Shown: positions 29,034 through 39,283 of the stretch, piece after piece
Layout of the letters: each line of letters starts with the position of its first letter
Numbering within the stretch: the stretch's first letter is position 1
Virus record (IMG/VR): IMGVR_UViG_3300044627_003892
Length of the DNA: 64,000 bases
Direction: 5' to 3' (one strand)
From: a virus
Taxonomy: Duplodnaviria; Caudoviricetes
Translations under genes and position numbers: made by a program
Notes under the pieces: generated by a model
The model's input: the letters and a program-made list of their open reading frames with translations, nothing else
Database searches by the model: none
Told to the model about the DNA's origin: nothing

Positions 29034-29611
29034 TTTGTCATCCCCCTTTTAAAGTTTTGAATTCCCTGTCTAACATTTTGAATTCCTTGTTTAGCGTTTT
29101 GAACTTTTTCTTTAGTGTTTTGTGTAACGTCTTGAAATTTATTTTTAACGTTTCCAATACCTTGTTTAACATTATTTTTAAAACTTCCGTCTGAATCACT
29201 TTTTACTTTTGGGGTTTTTTGTTTTTTAACATCATTCTCGTCAAGTCCCTCATATTCCTTAAGTACAAAATCACCATAACTATTACAAATATATTCTAAA
29301 ATTGTTTGTTGTGACGGGTCACTTGTCTGACCCTTTACATATCCCTTTATAAGGGCGCTTGACCCTTTACTTGTCGCAATAAATTCTACATCCTGTACAA
29401 TAAATTGGAACGATTCTTTAGTTAAACCTCTTTTTTCAACAATTGTAAAAGTTCTGTTTTTCATACCAGGTATCTTTGGTCTGATTGAATTATCACCATA
29501 TAAAAACCTCTTAATTAATTCTTCAGGAGTTTTAGTTAATTTAGATTCTTCAGCAATAACCTTATTAACAATGTTAAAAATATCATTTTCGGTTAAATTA
29601 ATTCTTTTCAT
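29030..29611 (-). CDS. Hypothetical protein with MKRINLTENDI leader
   Basis: C-terminal KQGIQN(V/F) amphipathic repeats. Confidence 0.7.
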   Translation of the reverse strand: MKRINLTENDIFNIVNKVIAEESKLTKTPEELIKRFLYGDNSIRPKIPGMKNRTFTIVEKRGLTKESFQFIVQDVEFIATSKGSSALIKGYVKGQTSDPSQQTILEYICNSYGDFVLKEYEGLDENDVKKQKTPKVKSDSDGSFKNNVKQGIGNVKNKFQDVTQNTKEKVQNAKQGIQNVRQGIQNFKRGMTK

Positions 29612-29679
29612 ACTAATATATAAATACTAAAAAAAATAAAAAAAGTTGTTTTTATTAAAAAGGTTAATTATACTTGAAT

Positions 29680-30105
29680 ATGGAAAAAATTAAAAACGGT
29701 GATAATGTATCTGTTCATTACACAGGTAAATTAGAAGATGGTTCAGTATTCGACACATCTTTAGCTGAGGGTAGAGAACCTCTTACAGTAACTTTAGGTC
29801 AAGGACAATTAATCCCAGGATTTGAAAACGGATTAATTGATATGACCGCCGGCGAAATCAAAACAATTGAAATTGAACCAGAAAATGCTTACGGAGATGT
29901 TAATCCTCAATTAATGAGTGAAATACCACTATCACAAGTCCCTGAAGGTGTTAAAACTGGGGATATGTTACAGGGCCAAAACCAACTTGGACCAGTTAAT
30001 GTTGTAGTTAGAGAAATTAAAGAAGAAACTGTTGTGTTGGACATGAACCATCCACTAGCAGGTAAGAAACTTATCTTTGATTTAGAAGTTGTATCGGTAA
30101 ACTAA
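29680..30105 (+). CDS. FKBP-type peptidyl-prolyl isomerase (SlyD-like, no His tail)
   Basis: VSVHYTGKLEDGSVFDTS...LIPGFE...AYG...DMNHPLAGKKL. Confidence 0.92.
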   Translation: MEKIKNGDNVSVHYTGKLEDGSVFDTSLAEGREPLTVTLGQGQLIPGFENGLIDMTAGEIKTIEIEPENAYGDVNPQLMSEIPLSQVPEGVKTGDMLQGQNQLGPVNVVVREIKEETVVLDMNHPLAGKKLIFDLEVVSVN

Positions 30106-30169
30106 TACAATTTCATTTATTTTTCAAAATGTCCCACGTCTTGTGGGATTTTTTGTTTACATTAGCATT

Positions 30170-30703
30170 ATGAATATTTTCTTTTTGGATTGGGATACAA
30201 AAAAATGTGCAGAATACCATTGTGATAAACACGTGGTTAAGATGATACTTGAGACTGCACAACTATTATGTGGAGCCCACCATGTAACCCACCAAGCACC
30301 CACCAAGTACCGCCCAAGTACCGACCAAGTACCGTACAAGTTATCACACAAAAACCACCCTTGTTCAATATGGGTTAGAGAGTCATTATCAAACTATCTT
30401 TATCTTTGTGACTTAGGACTTGAATTATGCAAGGAATACACTTATAGATACGGAAAACGTCATAAATCACAGGATGTAATTGAGTGGTGTATTACAAATA
30501 AATTAAATATTTGTGACAAAGGATTTACTGAACCACCCAAAGCAATGCCCGATGAATATAAAGTTACAGACGTTATAGAATCATATAGAAACTATTATAA
30601 CGGTGCTAAGAAAGATTTTGCTAAATGGAAAAATAGAGATATCCCTAAATGGTTTAACCCTGCATCAATTGTTGCATCTGAGCAACCAATTGTCCTTGTT
30701 TAG
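30170..30703 (+). CDS. Pyrimidine-dimer DNA glycosylase / DenV-like protein
   Basis: MNIFFLD...HCDKHVVKMILETAQLL...HKNHPCSIW...YRNYY. Confidence 0.8.
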   Translation: MNIFFLDWDTKKCAEYHCDKHVVKMILETAQLLCGAHHVTHQAPTKYRPSTDQVPYKLSHKNHPCSIWVRESLSNYLYLCDLGLELCKEYTYRYGKRHKSQDVIEWCITNKLNICDKGFTEPPKAMPDEYKVTDVIESYRNYYNGAKKDFAKWKNRDIPKWFNPASIVASEQPIVLV

Positions 30704-30842
30704 ATTGTAAAACACGGATTCTTCCCATTTGCTCATCATTCATTTCAAAATGTTCTGACTTAATTTCGTTAATTTGATTATCTAAACGGGTATGTTGCAT
30801 TAGAAGATTACTATACAATTGTGATTTTTGTTCTTGTGTCAT
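30654..30842 (-). CDS. Small coiled-coil protein
   Basis: 62 aa, Gln/Leu-rich. Confidence 0.6.
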   Translation of the reverse strand: MTQEQKSQLYSNLLMQHTRLDNQINEIKSEHFEMNDEQMGRIRVLQSKQGQLVAQMQQLMQG

Positions 30843-30872
30843 AAAATAAAAATAAAAACAAATTTAAAAAAA

Positions 30873-30896
30873 TAAACCCCTTTTATAAGGGGTTTA
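30873..30896 (-). terminator. Intrinsic terminator
   Basis: TAAACCCCTT-TTAT-AAGGGGTTTA. Confidence 0.7.
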
Positions 30897-30899
30897 AAA

Positions 30900-31055
30900 T
30901 TACTTGTTTGACCAATTAAAGTTCAATACAGTAAAAGAAACTTTTTTTGCAGACCAATCCAATTCAATTGAAAGAATTATAAATGCTAAGACTTTAACAG
31001 TGATATTGATTTCATCAATTTCCTGTAATTTTAACCAAAGGTTGTTAAATTTCAT
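30900..31055 (-). CDS. Small hypothetical protein (51 aa)
   Basis: MKFNNLWLKLQEIDE...NWSNK*, read by hand. Confidence 0.5.
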   Translation of the reverse strand: MKFNNLWLKLQEIDEINITVKVLAFIILSIELDWSAKKVSFTVLNFNWSNK

Positions 31056-31086
31056 AATAATAAGTTTTTATACTATATAAATATAG

Positions 31087-31185
31087 TTAACTTCCACAAT
31101 AATCATCACATTCATCTAACAATTCACCATCGTCATAAACTTCTTGGTTGTAATAGTCTTCGTCAGGGAAATTGTTTAGTGTCAT
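31087..31185 (-). CDS. Acidic micropeptide (32 aa)
   Basis: MTLNNFPDEDYYNQEVYDDGELLDECDDYCGS*; TATATTTG promoter upstream on the minus strand. Confidence 0.45.
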   Translation of the reverse strand: MTLNNFPDEDYYNQEVYDDGELLDECDDYCGS

Positions 31186-31239
31186 ATTGTTTTTATTTTA
31201 GATTACAAATATAGTGAAAAAATTTAATTATTAGGTTTT

Positions 31240-31587
31240 TTACCAATCAATTCCAGGACCAAATTTCCTTTCATCAATAATATCGTTTATATATAATTCA
31301 ATATTGGGTAACAAATCTTCTATTCTATATTGAATTTCCGCCCTGATATTATCAAAATCATCTCTTAACTGAGTTCTGTAAATATTAATGAGAACTTTTA
31401 TCTTACCTGACATTACAACATCAACAACCTCAATCTTATCAACAGATTCTAATTCGTGCAATTCATCCATTTCACCCATTCCCCATTCTTCAGATTCTTC
31501 CCTTAAACTATCTAATTTAGAATTTATTAATCCTTGAATTAAATTTTTTGTTTTTTCTAATTGTTTTTGGTCTATAATGTACTTCAT
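31240..31587 (-). CDS. Hypothetical protein with MKYII leader
   Basis: 115 aa. Confidence 0.7.
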   Translation of the reverse strand: MKYIIDQKQLEKTKNLIQGLINSKLDSLREESEEWGMGEMDELHELESVDKIEVVDVVMSGKIKVLINIYRTQLRDDFDNIRAEIQYRIEDLLPNIELYINDIIDERKFGPGIDW

Positions 31588-31632
31588 ATATTATAAATAG
31601 TAAAAAACATATAAAAAATATTTTATAATAAT

Positions 31633-31663
31633 TTTGTGTGGTAAATAAAATGTATTATATTTG
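31633..31663 (+). promoter_or_regulatory. Bacteroidota sigma-A promoter
   Basis: TTTG(31633-36)-N19-TATATTTG(31656-63), ATG at 31668. Confidence 0.75.
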
Positions 31664-31667
31664 TCCT

Positions 31668-32255
31668 ATGAAACAACTAATAATCATCATCACTTCTTTA
31701 CTTACATTCTCTGTAACTGCTCAAGATATTGACTACAACAATTTTGATAACAAACGTCTTGAGCGTTTAGTATTTGAAGAATTAAACAAATACCGTGATT
31801 CTTTGGGTGTTGTTGATTTATTGTGGTCAGATGTAATGTATAAAAGTATTACCTGTAAGCAGACTTCAATCCTACAAAAAGGTTCAAGTTTATATCATCC
31901 CGATTTAAAAGTTTTATTTACCGATGAGTTCAGAACTTCATTATCAAAAGAATCTGAAAAACTTACAGGTATTAAGAGTCATAACAATTGTGCACCTAAC
32001 TCGGTTACTATTTTAACTGAAAATATTATGTCGTGGACTTTGGAGGAAGTTACCTATGAAGAAATGGCTAAAATTGCCATTATGTGCTGGGATAGGTCAT
32101 ACATGCATAAATGTGCTCAACGATACGATTATATTGAGGAGGGAGGTGGTAAAGGGTTTGTATCAATTTCCGCAAAAATTAATGACTCTAAAACAACAAT
32201 TTTTATATCTTGTAATTTTGCAACCGTTAAAAAAAATTTACCTACTATTAATTAG
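31668..32255 (+). CDS. Secreted CAP/SCP-like domain protein
   Basis: Signal peptide; LVFEELNKYR..LGV..L.W; ENI...W.RS..H. Confidence 0.65.
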   Translation: MKQLIIIITSLLTFSVTAQDIDYNNFDNKRLERLVFEELNKYRDSLGVVDLLWSDVMYKSITCKQTSILQKGSSLYHPDLKVLFTDEFRTSLSKESEKLTGIKSHNNCAPNSVTILTENIMSWTLEEVTYEEMAKIAIMCWDRSYMHKCAQRYDYIEEGGGKGFVSISAKINDSKTTIFISCNFATVKKNLPTIN

Positions 32256-33648
32256 TAGGTAAATTTGTATTGTATTCAGGAAGAGTAATTATTAAACGTC
32301 TATTTATCGCAGTTTGAGCCTTTTTTTGTTCGTCAGTTCCTGTTACTTTTGGCCATTTTGCATTTTTATCATACATGTCAGTTTCACCAATCGGGTTAGG
32401 AACAAAATTTGTAATTTCAGGTAAGTCAGAGTTTAATTTTTGTAAAATAACTTGAGCTCTTGCTTCAGATAAACAAAAATTGTAAGAGTTTCTAGTTCTT
32501 CCTCCTGGAACTTCACAACCTGGAAATGTTGACCCATCTGCATTAGAATCCGCAGTTGGTAACTTAGGGTCTCTATCAATAGACGCTGAAGTAGTTACTA
32601 AAATACCCTTTCGACCTGTTTTTTCATCTTTATAGTTATTCAAAAAATTAATATAGTCATTATAAACATCTTCACCATACATTCTTTTTTGTTTTTTTAC
32701 GTCGTTTATGAAATTTTCTAAGTCTTGGGGGCCAGTTCCTTCTAAATTTGTTGTATCAAATGTAAAAGGATTTTTTATATCTAAAGAAATTTTAATACTA
32801 ACAGGCTTAGGTGGTGGAATAGGAGTAGGGTCTACTGTTTTTCCATGTGACGAATTGGGCCACCAATCACTTAAAAAAATTGCCATATTTTTTCTTTTAA
32901 ATTTTCTAAATGACCAGTCACTAAAGTCTATTTGTGTGTAAGTGTTTTTCGAATCAAGGTTGTTTCTCATAACATACCACTCTTCTTTACTTTTTGGTAC
33001 ATAATATTGTAATAAATTTATTGTTGATGAATTACTAGGTACTCGTTTATTTACCCCGTCTCGACTTAGGATTTCAATATTCTTAGCGTCCAATACAACA
33101 GAACATAAATAAGGGTCAAATTTATCTATCTGAGGAGGTGCGTTATTTTCAGGATAGTTTATCATGATTGTTTGAAAACCTTTGGGAAATTTTGGAAGTA
33201 CCTGATATATTCCTGGTTTAACTTGTTTGTCTAAAACTGAACTAAAACCTCCAAATGTTTCTACTATCGACATATTAGTAATAAATTGATTATTTGTCAC
33301 TGTTTTTGTGTTTAAATCAACAGTAAAATCTTCAGGTTTTCCACTAATATCTACAGCACCTTTAGTTGTATAACCACCTTTATTTCTATCATATTTGATG
33401 TAATATAAATTTCCACTTGAGATTACAACACCAATACGCCCGGCGAATGATTCGTCTGGAACAGTATTACTATTAAATGGACCAAATTCAAAAGGTTTAT
33501 TTTCATTTTCACCAGTGTTTACCACCTCTGTTTTAAGGGCATCTTTTCTAGGAGGTTCCTTTTTTTGTTCAAGGATTATCCCTTTTTTTGTATATAATGA
33601 TAATATACTGTTTCTTTCGTTTTCGGTGATTAAAAATCTTTTGCTCAT
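32248..33648 (-). CDS. Protein with a C-terminal OmpA-like peptidoglycan-binding domain
   Basis: FTFDTTNL...SAS...NFCLSEARA...IGET...AINRRLII. Confidence 0.7.
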   Translation of the reverse strand: MSKRFLITENERNSILSLYTKKGIILEQKKEPPRKDALKTEVVNTGENENKPFEFGPFNSNTVPDESFAGRIGVVISSGNLYYIKYDRNKGGYTTKGAVDISGKPEDFTVDLNTKTVTNNQFITNMSIVETFGGFSSVLDKQVKPGIYQVLPKFPKGFQTIMINYPENNAPPQIDKFDPYLCSVVLDAKNIEILSRDGVNKRVPSNSSTINLLQYYVPKSKEEWYVMRNNLDSKNTYTQIDFSDWSFRKFKRKNMAIFLSDWWPNSSHGKTVDPTPIPPPKPVSIKISLDIKNPFTFDTTNLEGTGPQDLENFINDVKKQKRMYGEDVYNDYINFLNNYKDEKTGRKGILVTTSASIDRDPKLPTADSNADGSTFPGCEVPGGRTRNSYNFCLSEARAQVILQKLNSDLPEITNFVPNPIGETDMYDKNAKWPKVTGTDEQKKAQTAINRRLIITLPEYNTNLPTN

Positions 33649-33699
33649 AAAAATGTTTTATTAATAAATATAGTCTTAAAAGAAAAAAAATGAAATAAA

Positions 33700-33722
33700 A
33701 AACCCATCTGATAGATGGGTTT
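33700..33722 (-). terminator. Intrinsic terminator
   Basis: AAACCCATCT-GAT-AGATGGGTTT. Confidence 0.75.
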
Positions 33723-33744
33723 AAATTATTTTTTATAAAATTTT

Positions 33745-34200
33745 TTATTCATAAATAGTTTCATCACTAATTACAACTTCATTTTTTGAATTTAACTCTG
33801 CGTAACGAGAATCAACTGGTTTTTCATTACAATATCTCTCAACAGTTATTGGGTCTGATGGTTTTTTTTCAATAAGATATTGTTTTAATTCTTCCTTTGT
33901 CTTAAGGACTTTTGTTCCTGTAACCGTGTATTTTTCGTTAGGACATGGTTTATAATCCTCAGACAATAATGGTTTAACATTTCCAATCGATGACTCCATT
34001 AATCCGTAAAATCTACGTTTATAATGTTCAACAGTTGTAACACCCGTTGTTACTGTTTGAGTATTACCAGTAGTCCCTGTAGTACTTGATTGAGTATTAC
34101 CAGATGTAATTGTAGAATCTTCTTGTTCAGATATTATTCTATTTTCTAAAAGTTGATTTAACTTTTGTATGTGTCTTATTTTACTATAACTTTTGTTCAT
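33745..34200 (-). CDS. Hypothetical protein with two leader-type modules
   Basis: MNKSYSKIRHIQ... plus internal YKRRFYGLMESSIGNVKPLLSE. Confidence 0.7.
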   Translation of the reverse strand: MNKSYSKIRHIQKLNQLLENRIISEQEDSTITSGNTQSSTTGTTGNTQTVTTGVTTVEHYKRRFYGLMESSIGNVKPLLSEDYKPCPNEKYTVTGTKVLKTKEELKQYLIEKKPSDPITVERYCNEKPVDSRYAELNSKNEVVISDETIYE

Positions 34201-34213
34201 ACTAATAAATATA

Positions 34214-34918
34214 TTAAGATACAATAATGTTCACATCAACATATTGCCAGTCTCTGTTTATCATTGTTTTATATTGACCCAAATTTTCTATAATACAATC
34301 CCATACAGGGTTTTCAAACAATTCATCATTATCATACTTTATGTCATAAACCAAGTGAACCATATCATCATAATTTTCCATAAAATGATGAACCTTTCTA
34401 ACAAGGTCATCAACAAATATTTTTTCAATTTCAAAAGTGATGTCTATTCTAAAAGATTCACTACTTTCCCAATACATTTCAAAGTTATCATCAACAATAT
34501 ATTTTCCATATATTGTATATATTATGCTGTTATTATCTCTGTATTTTATCTCAACGGTATCTGTATTTAAACATTTCCTTAATTTTTTTTCATTTTCTTT
34601 AGGAATATAAAACTCTCCTTTATTGAAATCATTTAATACTATAAGTGATGGACGTTGATATGATTTAATTGATACATTGGCAAAATTTCCAACAGTATCT
34701 AATTCATCATCAAGTAAAGAGCTGAGTGCATTGTATGAAAACGGAATGTTATTTGGATTTTTTATCTTTAAGATTGGAACCTTAATTAGTTCATTATCCA
34801 AATAAACACCAGTATATTTGTCATCATGATAAATTATTAATCCGTGAATCTCTTTTGACTTAAAATAAACGGACATTACTTTAGAAAACGCCTTGTATTT
34901 GGGACGTAAATTACTCAT
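34214..34918 (-). CDS. Hypothetical protein
   Basis: 234 aa. Confidence 0.7.
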   Translation of the reverse strand: MSNLRPKYKAFSKVMSVYFKSKEIHGLIIYHDDKYTGVYLDNELIKVPILKIKNPNNIPFSYNALSSLLDDELDTVGNFANVSIKSYQRPSLIVLNDFNKGEFYIPKENEKKLRKCLNTDTVEIKYRDNNSIIYTIYGKYIVDDNFEMYWESSESFRIDITFEIEKIFVDDLVRKVHHFMENYDDMVHLVYDIKYDNDELFENPVWDCIIENLGQYKTMINRDWQYVDVNIIVS

Positions 34919-34921
34919 ATA

Positions 34922-35431
34922 TTATATTTCGTATTCGTCAGGGATTATTTCTTCAACGTCTTCTTCTGTTGTATTAATCACTCGTTTCATATCTCTCCAA
35001 TCAATACCATTGATTGATAGAACATGTACCATTGTCATACCTGAATTAAGTTTTTTATCACTCAATAATGCCCATTCATCCGCAGTATCATCCTCATACA
35101 TTTTCAAATAATTATATAAGATTGCAATATCAACTTCATCAGTAACTTCAGGTATTATTACATCAACATAAACGTCATACATTTCTCCAAAGTAGTCGTC
35201 TGCCTCTTCAACTGCTTTTATTTGAACAGGAAGTCGGTACCTTTTGGACAAATCGTCAAGATAGAACTCAATATTACCACCTAACTTTGAATCAACCAAT
35301 GCTTTTAAATATGGATATTGGGAAACTTTTTGAATGAATTGTTCCAAACCACCAAAAAACTTGGAGATTTCCATAACAGAAACTCCTTTATCAATTAAAC
35401 CAATTACTTTTTGTGAAAAATTATCAGACAT
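34922..35431 (-). CDS. Hypothetical protein
   Basis: 169 aa; N-terminus similar to the 47308 and 56018 genes. Confidence 0.7.
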   Translation of the reverse strand: MSDNFSQKVIGLIDKGVSVMEISKFFGGLEQFIQKVSQYPYLKALVDSKLGGNIEFYLDDLSKRYRLPVQIKAVEEADDYFGEMYDVYVDVIIPEVTDEVDIAILYNYLKMYEDDTADEWALLSDKKLNSGMTMVHVLSINGIDWRDMKRVINTTEEDVEEIIPDEYEI

Positions 35432-35440
35432 ATAAATTAA

Positions 35441-36835
35441 TTAAGCGGTAGGGAAATCAGGTATTATATCTTGACTTTGTTTATCAGGAATATTCATTAC
35501 ATACTCATTTTTCCAACCGTTGTACATTTTATTTAAATCGATTGAATATTTAATTTTATTTTTTTCAGGATATCGTGTAGGTTTGATAATATCAATAGTC
35601 GTGTAGTAACTAAATAACCAATAAAATGATGCATTATTATACGTATTGACATATATTGGCAAAAAATCTTTCTTAGACTCTACCGAATTCAAACTTTCAC
35701 ACGTTTCATCAAGAATTAAAATTCCATTCTCAATTTTTGTTCCACATCCATCATAACCAATCATAATTGTATAATCGTACAAACATTGTTTAAAACTATC
35801 AATAAATTTGTTTAAATTTGAATTAATTTTAAGTCCTTTTTTTGAAAGTGTGTCAAACAAAACTTTAAATCTCGTAAATTGTTCCTGTTTATCAACCCTA
35901 TAATCTATTTGGGTATCAGAATCAGGGTCAGGAAAAATTTTATCAAAGTCTAAAAATGATGAGGACGAATTAGATGATGATAAACTATGTGGATATTCTG
36001 ATTTTTTATTTGAACTTATTATCCCATTATCTGAAGAGTGGAATTTAATTCCATTTTCATTAAAATATCCGTCAACTAAATGACCAATTTCATGTAAAAC
36101 AGATTCTTCCCATATTCCGGGATTGTCTAACTTATAACCCTCACCAAAGAGATAGTCAGAAAAGGTACATATATATACAATTCCATCAACTAATGATGGA
36201 TAAACATACATCATTGTATTAGGGTTTTTTTCATTGTAGTTAAAATCTAATTTGAATGATATAGATGGTAAATATGTACTAATTAGATTATCAATCTCGT
36301 GTTTTACTTTATCCTCACTAACAGGAACTCCATTTTTTTTTGATATTGTAATTATTTTATTAATAATTTCAGGTTTTGATTTATAATCAAAATATTTTTT
36401 AAAAAAATTAATGCTTTTATTTAAAAAATTTGATTTAGCGTATTGTGTAGGGTTTAAATTTTTTATTTTTTGTTGAACCCATTTTTGAAATAAACTATTT
36501 TGAGATGTATAATATTCCTTATATGGTATTTCTTGAGCATATTTAATTTTTAGTGATTCAAAATCTTTTTTTATTTTTGCATTAGCTAGTTCTATATCAC
36601 GTTTTAATTTTAAATCAGGGTTGTCTTCAATTGTTTTTTTTGATATTTGTCGAGTGTTGTTTTGTTGGAATTGCCCACCCGCACCCAAATAATCTGATTT
36701 AGGCATATAATCAGATTGATTAATTTTTCTAACATCAAATGGTGGGTCTTGTTCCGAAATTAAAGGTTTAACATCACCAATGGTAGATTCCATTAAATTG
36801 AAAAATCTTTTTCTATAATTTTCAATATTGTTCAT
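35441..36835 (-). CDS. HExxH zincin-like protein with MNNIENYRKRF leader
   Basis: SVLHEIGHLVD; start moved to 36835. Confidence 0.65.
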   Translation of the reverse strand: MNNIENYRKRFFNLMESTIGDVKPLISEQDPPFDVRKINQSDYMPKSDYLGAGGQFQQNNTRQISKKTIEDNPDLKLKRDIELANAKIKKDFESLKIKYAQEIPYKEYYTSQNSLFQKWVQQKIKNLNPTQYAKSNFLNKSINFFKKYFDYKSKPEIINKIITISKKNGVPVSEDKVKHEIDNLISTYLPSISFKLDFNYNEKNPNTMMYVYPSLVDGIVYICTFSDYLFGEGYKLDNPGIWEESVLHEIGHLVDGYFNENGIKFHSSDNGIISSNKKSEYPHSLSSSNSSSSFLDFDKIFPDPDSDTQIDYRVDKQEQFTRFKVLFDTLSKKGLKINSNLNKFIDSFKQCLYDYTIMIGYDGCGTKIENGILILDETCESLNSVESKKDFLPIYVNTYNNASFYWLFSYYTTIDIIKPTRYPEKNKIKYSIDLNKMYNGWKNEYVMNIPDKQSQDIIPDFPTA

Positions 36836-36860
36836 ATTAATAAATACATTGTAAAACAAA

Positions 36861-36883
36861 AAACCCCACTCGTGGTGGGGTTT
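36861..36883 (-). terminator. Intrinsic terminator
   Basis: AAACCCCAC-TCGTG-GTGGGGTTT. Confidence 0.75.
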
Positions 36884-36903
36884 AAATATTCTTGTAAAAA
36901 AAA

Positions 36904-37281
36904 TTATAAATATTTTTTAATTACATTAACCTTAAATGGTCCCAAAGGATTTGGGAAGTTTTCTTTTACTTGAGAAGGGTAACTGTATTCTAAAAAATAT
37001 ACTTTTTCACCATCAGTTATAAATCTTATTGGTGCTGGACCTTTATTTACGTTTTCAAAAAATACTATCATATCAGGTTCATAGTTAAAGAATTTTGTAG
37101 CTTCTTTAATTTCTCCATACATTTTTTGGTCTGTAAAAGCAAAATCTCTCCAATTTTGTTTCATTTTATAACCTTTTTTTCTTAACTCATCGTAAAAACC
37201 AGGATTTTGTGGTTGCTCAAGAATTACTCTTTTAACCAATCTTACTAAATCTGACTCAGTTAATCTTACTACTTTTTTCAT
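36904..37281 (-). CDS. Hypothetical protein with MKKVVRLTESDL leader
   Basis: 125 aa. Confidence 0.7.
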   Translation of the reverse strand: MKKVVRLTESDLVRLVKRVILEQPQNPGFYDELRKKGYKMKQNWRDFAFTDQKMYGEIKEATKFFNYEPDMIVFFENVNKGPAPIRFITDGEKVYFLEYSYPSQVKENFPNPLGPFKVNVIKKYL

Positions 37282-37320
37282 GATAATGTTTTATTATAAA
37301 TACATTATAAAACAAAAAAA

Positions 37321-37824
37321 TTACTCTTCTTCGTCAAGATATCTACCAAGATTAACAGGTTCCACAAATGTTCCCTCAAGTTCGGACATTTCTTTCTTAT
37401 ACTCCTCTAAAGTTTCAACTGAATAGATGGGAGCAAATAATGGACGACGATTAAATGGAACATTATCTCGGTTTTCCCATTCCTCCAATTCTTTTTCTAT
37501 ATTAGGAATTTGTCGTTTTACATATGAATATTTGTACCATTTCTCGTAGTCCTCACGTGTGGGAACGAATTTAACGTCACCATAGTTATAAATATTCAAA
37601 TCAGGGTTGTTTGTGTAAACATTAAGAATACCCTCATCACCATCATACTGATTACATAACTCTTGAAGAGTATATGGGTTTGTTATACCTTTATCTTCCC
37701 AACTTCTTCCATAGGAATGAATTTTACAGATATAAAAATATCCGTCTTCAAAAGAATAGATTTCACTATTAATCTTGTCTTTCAATTCAACAAGTTGTTC
37801 TATTGTGTAATTAGATAAATCCAT
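37321..37824 (-). CDS. Hypothetical protein
   Basis: Start moved to 37824; TATATTTG promoter immediately upstream. Confidence 0.7.
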   Translation of the reverse strand: MDLSNYTIEQLVELKDKINSEIYSFEDGYFYICKIHSYGRSWEDKGITNPYTLQELCNQYDGDEGILNVYTNNPDLNIYNYGDVKFVPTREDYEKWYKYSYVKRQIPNIEKELEEWENRDNVPFNRRPLFAPIYSVETLEEYKKEMSELEGTFVEPVNLGRYLDEEE

Positions 37825-37842
37825 GGGACAAATATAAAACAA

Positions 37843-37873
37843 AAAACCCCATCAAACAAATGAATGGGGTTTT
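37843..37873 (-). terminator. Intrinsic terminator
   Basis: AAAACCCCAT-N11-ATGGGGTTTT. Confidence 0.7.
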
Positions 37874-37892
37874 AAAATTATAATATTTATTT

Positions 37893-38309
37893 TTACATTT
37901 GATTTCTTAGTTTATCTTCAAGACCTCTTAAATCGTCTCTTTTTGTTGTATAAACTCCGAATCCTTTATCATCGTCTTGATTCGCTCCGAAACCTTTTTT
38001 CAATTTACTCAATATCAAATTTCCAACAACTTCAGGTTTTTCCATGATAAAATTAGCCAAGTCAATTAATTCATCATTTCCTTTTTCTGAAAATTCAAAA
38101 CTAGACAAGATATCATCAAGTATTCTATTAATTTGTCTCGATTCTGTTTTAGTTGCAGTTTCGTCCTCTTTTAAAAATAATTTTACATCTCCCGACTTGG
38201 TGTTAATCAATTTTGAAAAGTTTTCTGTAACAACATTCATTCCCCCTGTATGTTGACCACGTATGGAGTTCTTTTCTTCCTCCGTTAAGTTATTTAATAA
38301 ATGTTTCAT
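37893..38309 (-). CDS. Hypothetical protein with MKHLLNNLTEEEKNSI leader
   Basis: 138 aa. Confidence 0.7.
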   Translation of the reverse strand: MKHLLNNLTEEEKNSIRGQHTGGMNVVTENFSKLINTKSGDVKLFLKEDETATKTESRQINRILDDILSSFEFSEKGNDELIDLANFIMEKPEVVGNLILSKLKKGFGANQDDDKGFGVYTTKRDDLRGLEDKLRNQM

Positions 38310-38392
38310 AATTTGTTTGTTTACTATAAATATATCGTTAAATAAAAAACCCCACTTTGTGGGTAGGGTTAATATAATATTAAAAATTATAA

Positions 38393-38869
38393 TTATGGAA
38401 TAAGTAAAGTAGAAACTTTAGGTAAATTTAATTTTGATAAGATTGGTAACCCAACAATCAATCCTAAAATTGCAACCATCTCCGAAAGTATCAGTCTTCT
38501 TTCTTCTTTTGTAAAAACTTTACCAGTTGTTTCTAACTCTTCTAACTTTTTATTCAATAATTCGGCTCTTCGTTTTAAGTTATTTATTTGTTTTTCATCA
38601 ATCTTACCTTTAACTTTATCAATTGTTCGATTAATTAATAACCTCAGTTTGTTTTTCATAGAAATTAAAGTTGTTTTTATTTGTTCTTTTTTTTCTTCAA
38701 AATTTTCTTTTCTAACCATAGAAATTTGGTCACGGAATTGCTCAATGTCCTTTTTTAACATGTATTTTTCATCTTCTGAAAACAATCCGTCATCTGGTAC
38801 TTGTTCAGAAATTACTCTTTTAACTAATCTTATCAAATCTGATTCTGTTAATCTTATAACTTTTTTCAT
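38393..38869 (-). CDS. Coiled-coil protein with MKKVIRLTESDL leader and C-terminal TM helix
   Basis: 158 aa. Confidence 0.7.
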   Translation of the reverse strand: MKKVIRLTESDLIRLVKRVISEQVPDDGLFSEDEKYMLKKDIEQFRDQISMVRKENFEEKKEQIKTTLISMKNKLRLLINRTIDKVKGKIDEKQINNLKRRAELLNKKLEELETTGKVFTKEERRLILSEMVAILGLIVGLPILSKLNLPKVSTLLIP

Positions 38870-38903
38870 AATATTTTAATTTATATATAAATATATCAAC
38901 TTT

Positions 38904-39215
38904 TTAAAATTCCATGTTAATTCTCTTAATTTCTATTCCAAACTTATCGGAATAATATTTTTCAATACCTTCACCCACCGAATTTCCAAATAAAACACGC
39001 ATCTTTTCAAAAAAAGAATAATCAATCCATAATGTCCCGTGATTATTTCTGTGGGCAATTCTTACAGAGTGACCATTACTATCAACGTCTCTCCTACTAA
39101 AGAAATGAATATACCCATCATCTTTGTCAATGTTCATTTCAACATCACCATAGGTAGCATCCATGTACTTCTTAATAACCTCATTTAACTTACTTTCGGT
39201 AATAATATACTTCAT
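38904..39215 (-). CDS. Hypothetical protein with MKYIITESKL leader
   Basis: 103 aa. Confidence 0.7.
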   Translation of the reverse strand: MKYIITESKLNEVIKKYMDATYGDVEMNIDKDDGYIHFFSRRDVDSNGHSVRIAHRNNHGTLWIDYSFFEKMRVLFGNSVGEGIEKYYSDKFGIEIKRINMEF

Positions 39216-39242
39216 ATTACAATAAATACCTTATAAATAAAA

Positions 39243-39266
39243 AACCCCTCTTTATAGGAGGGGTTA
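39243..39266 (-). terminator. Intrinsic terminator
   Basis: AACCCCTC-N8-GAGGGGTT preceded by an A-tract. Confidence 0.7.
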
Positions 39267-39283
39267 ATCATCTAATAATAAAT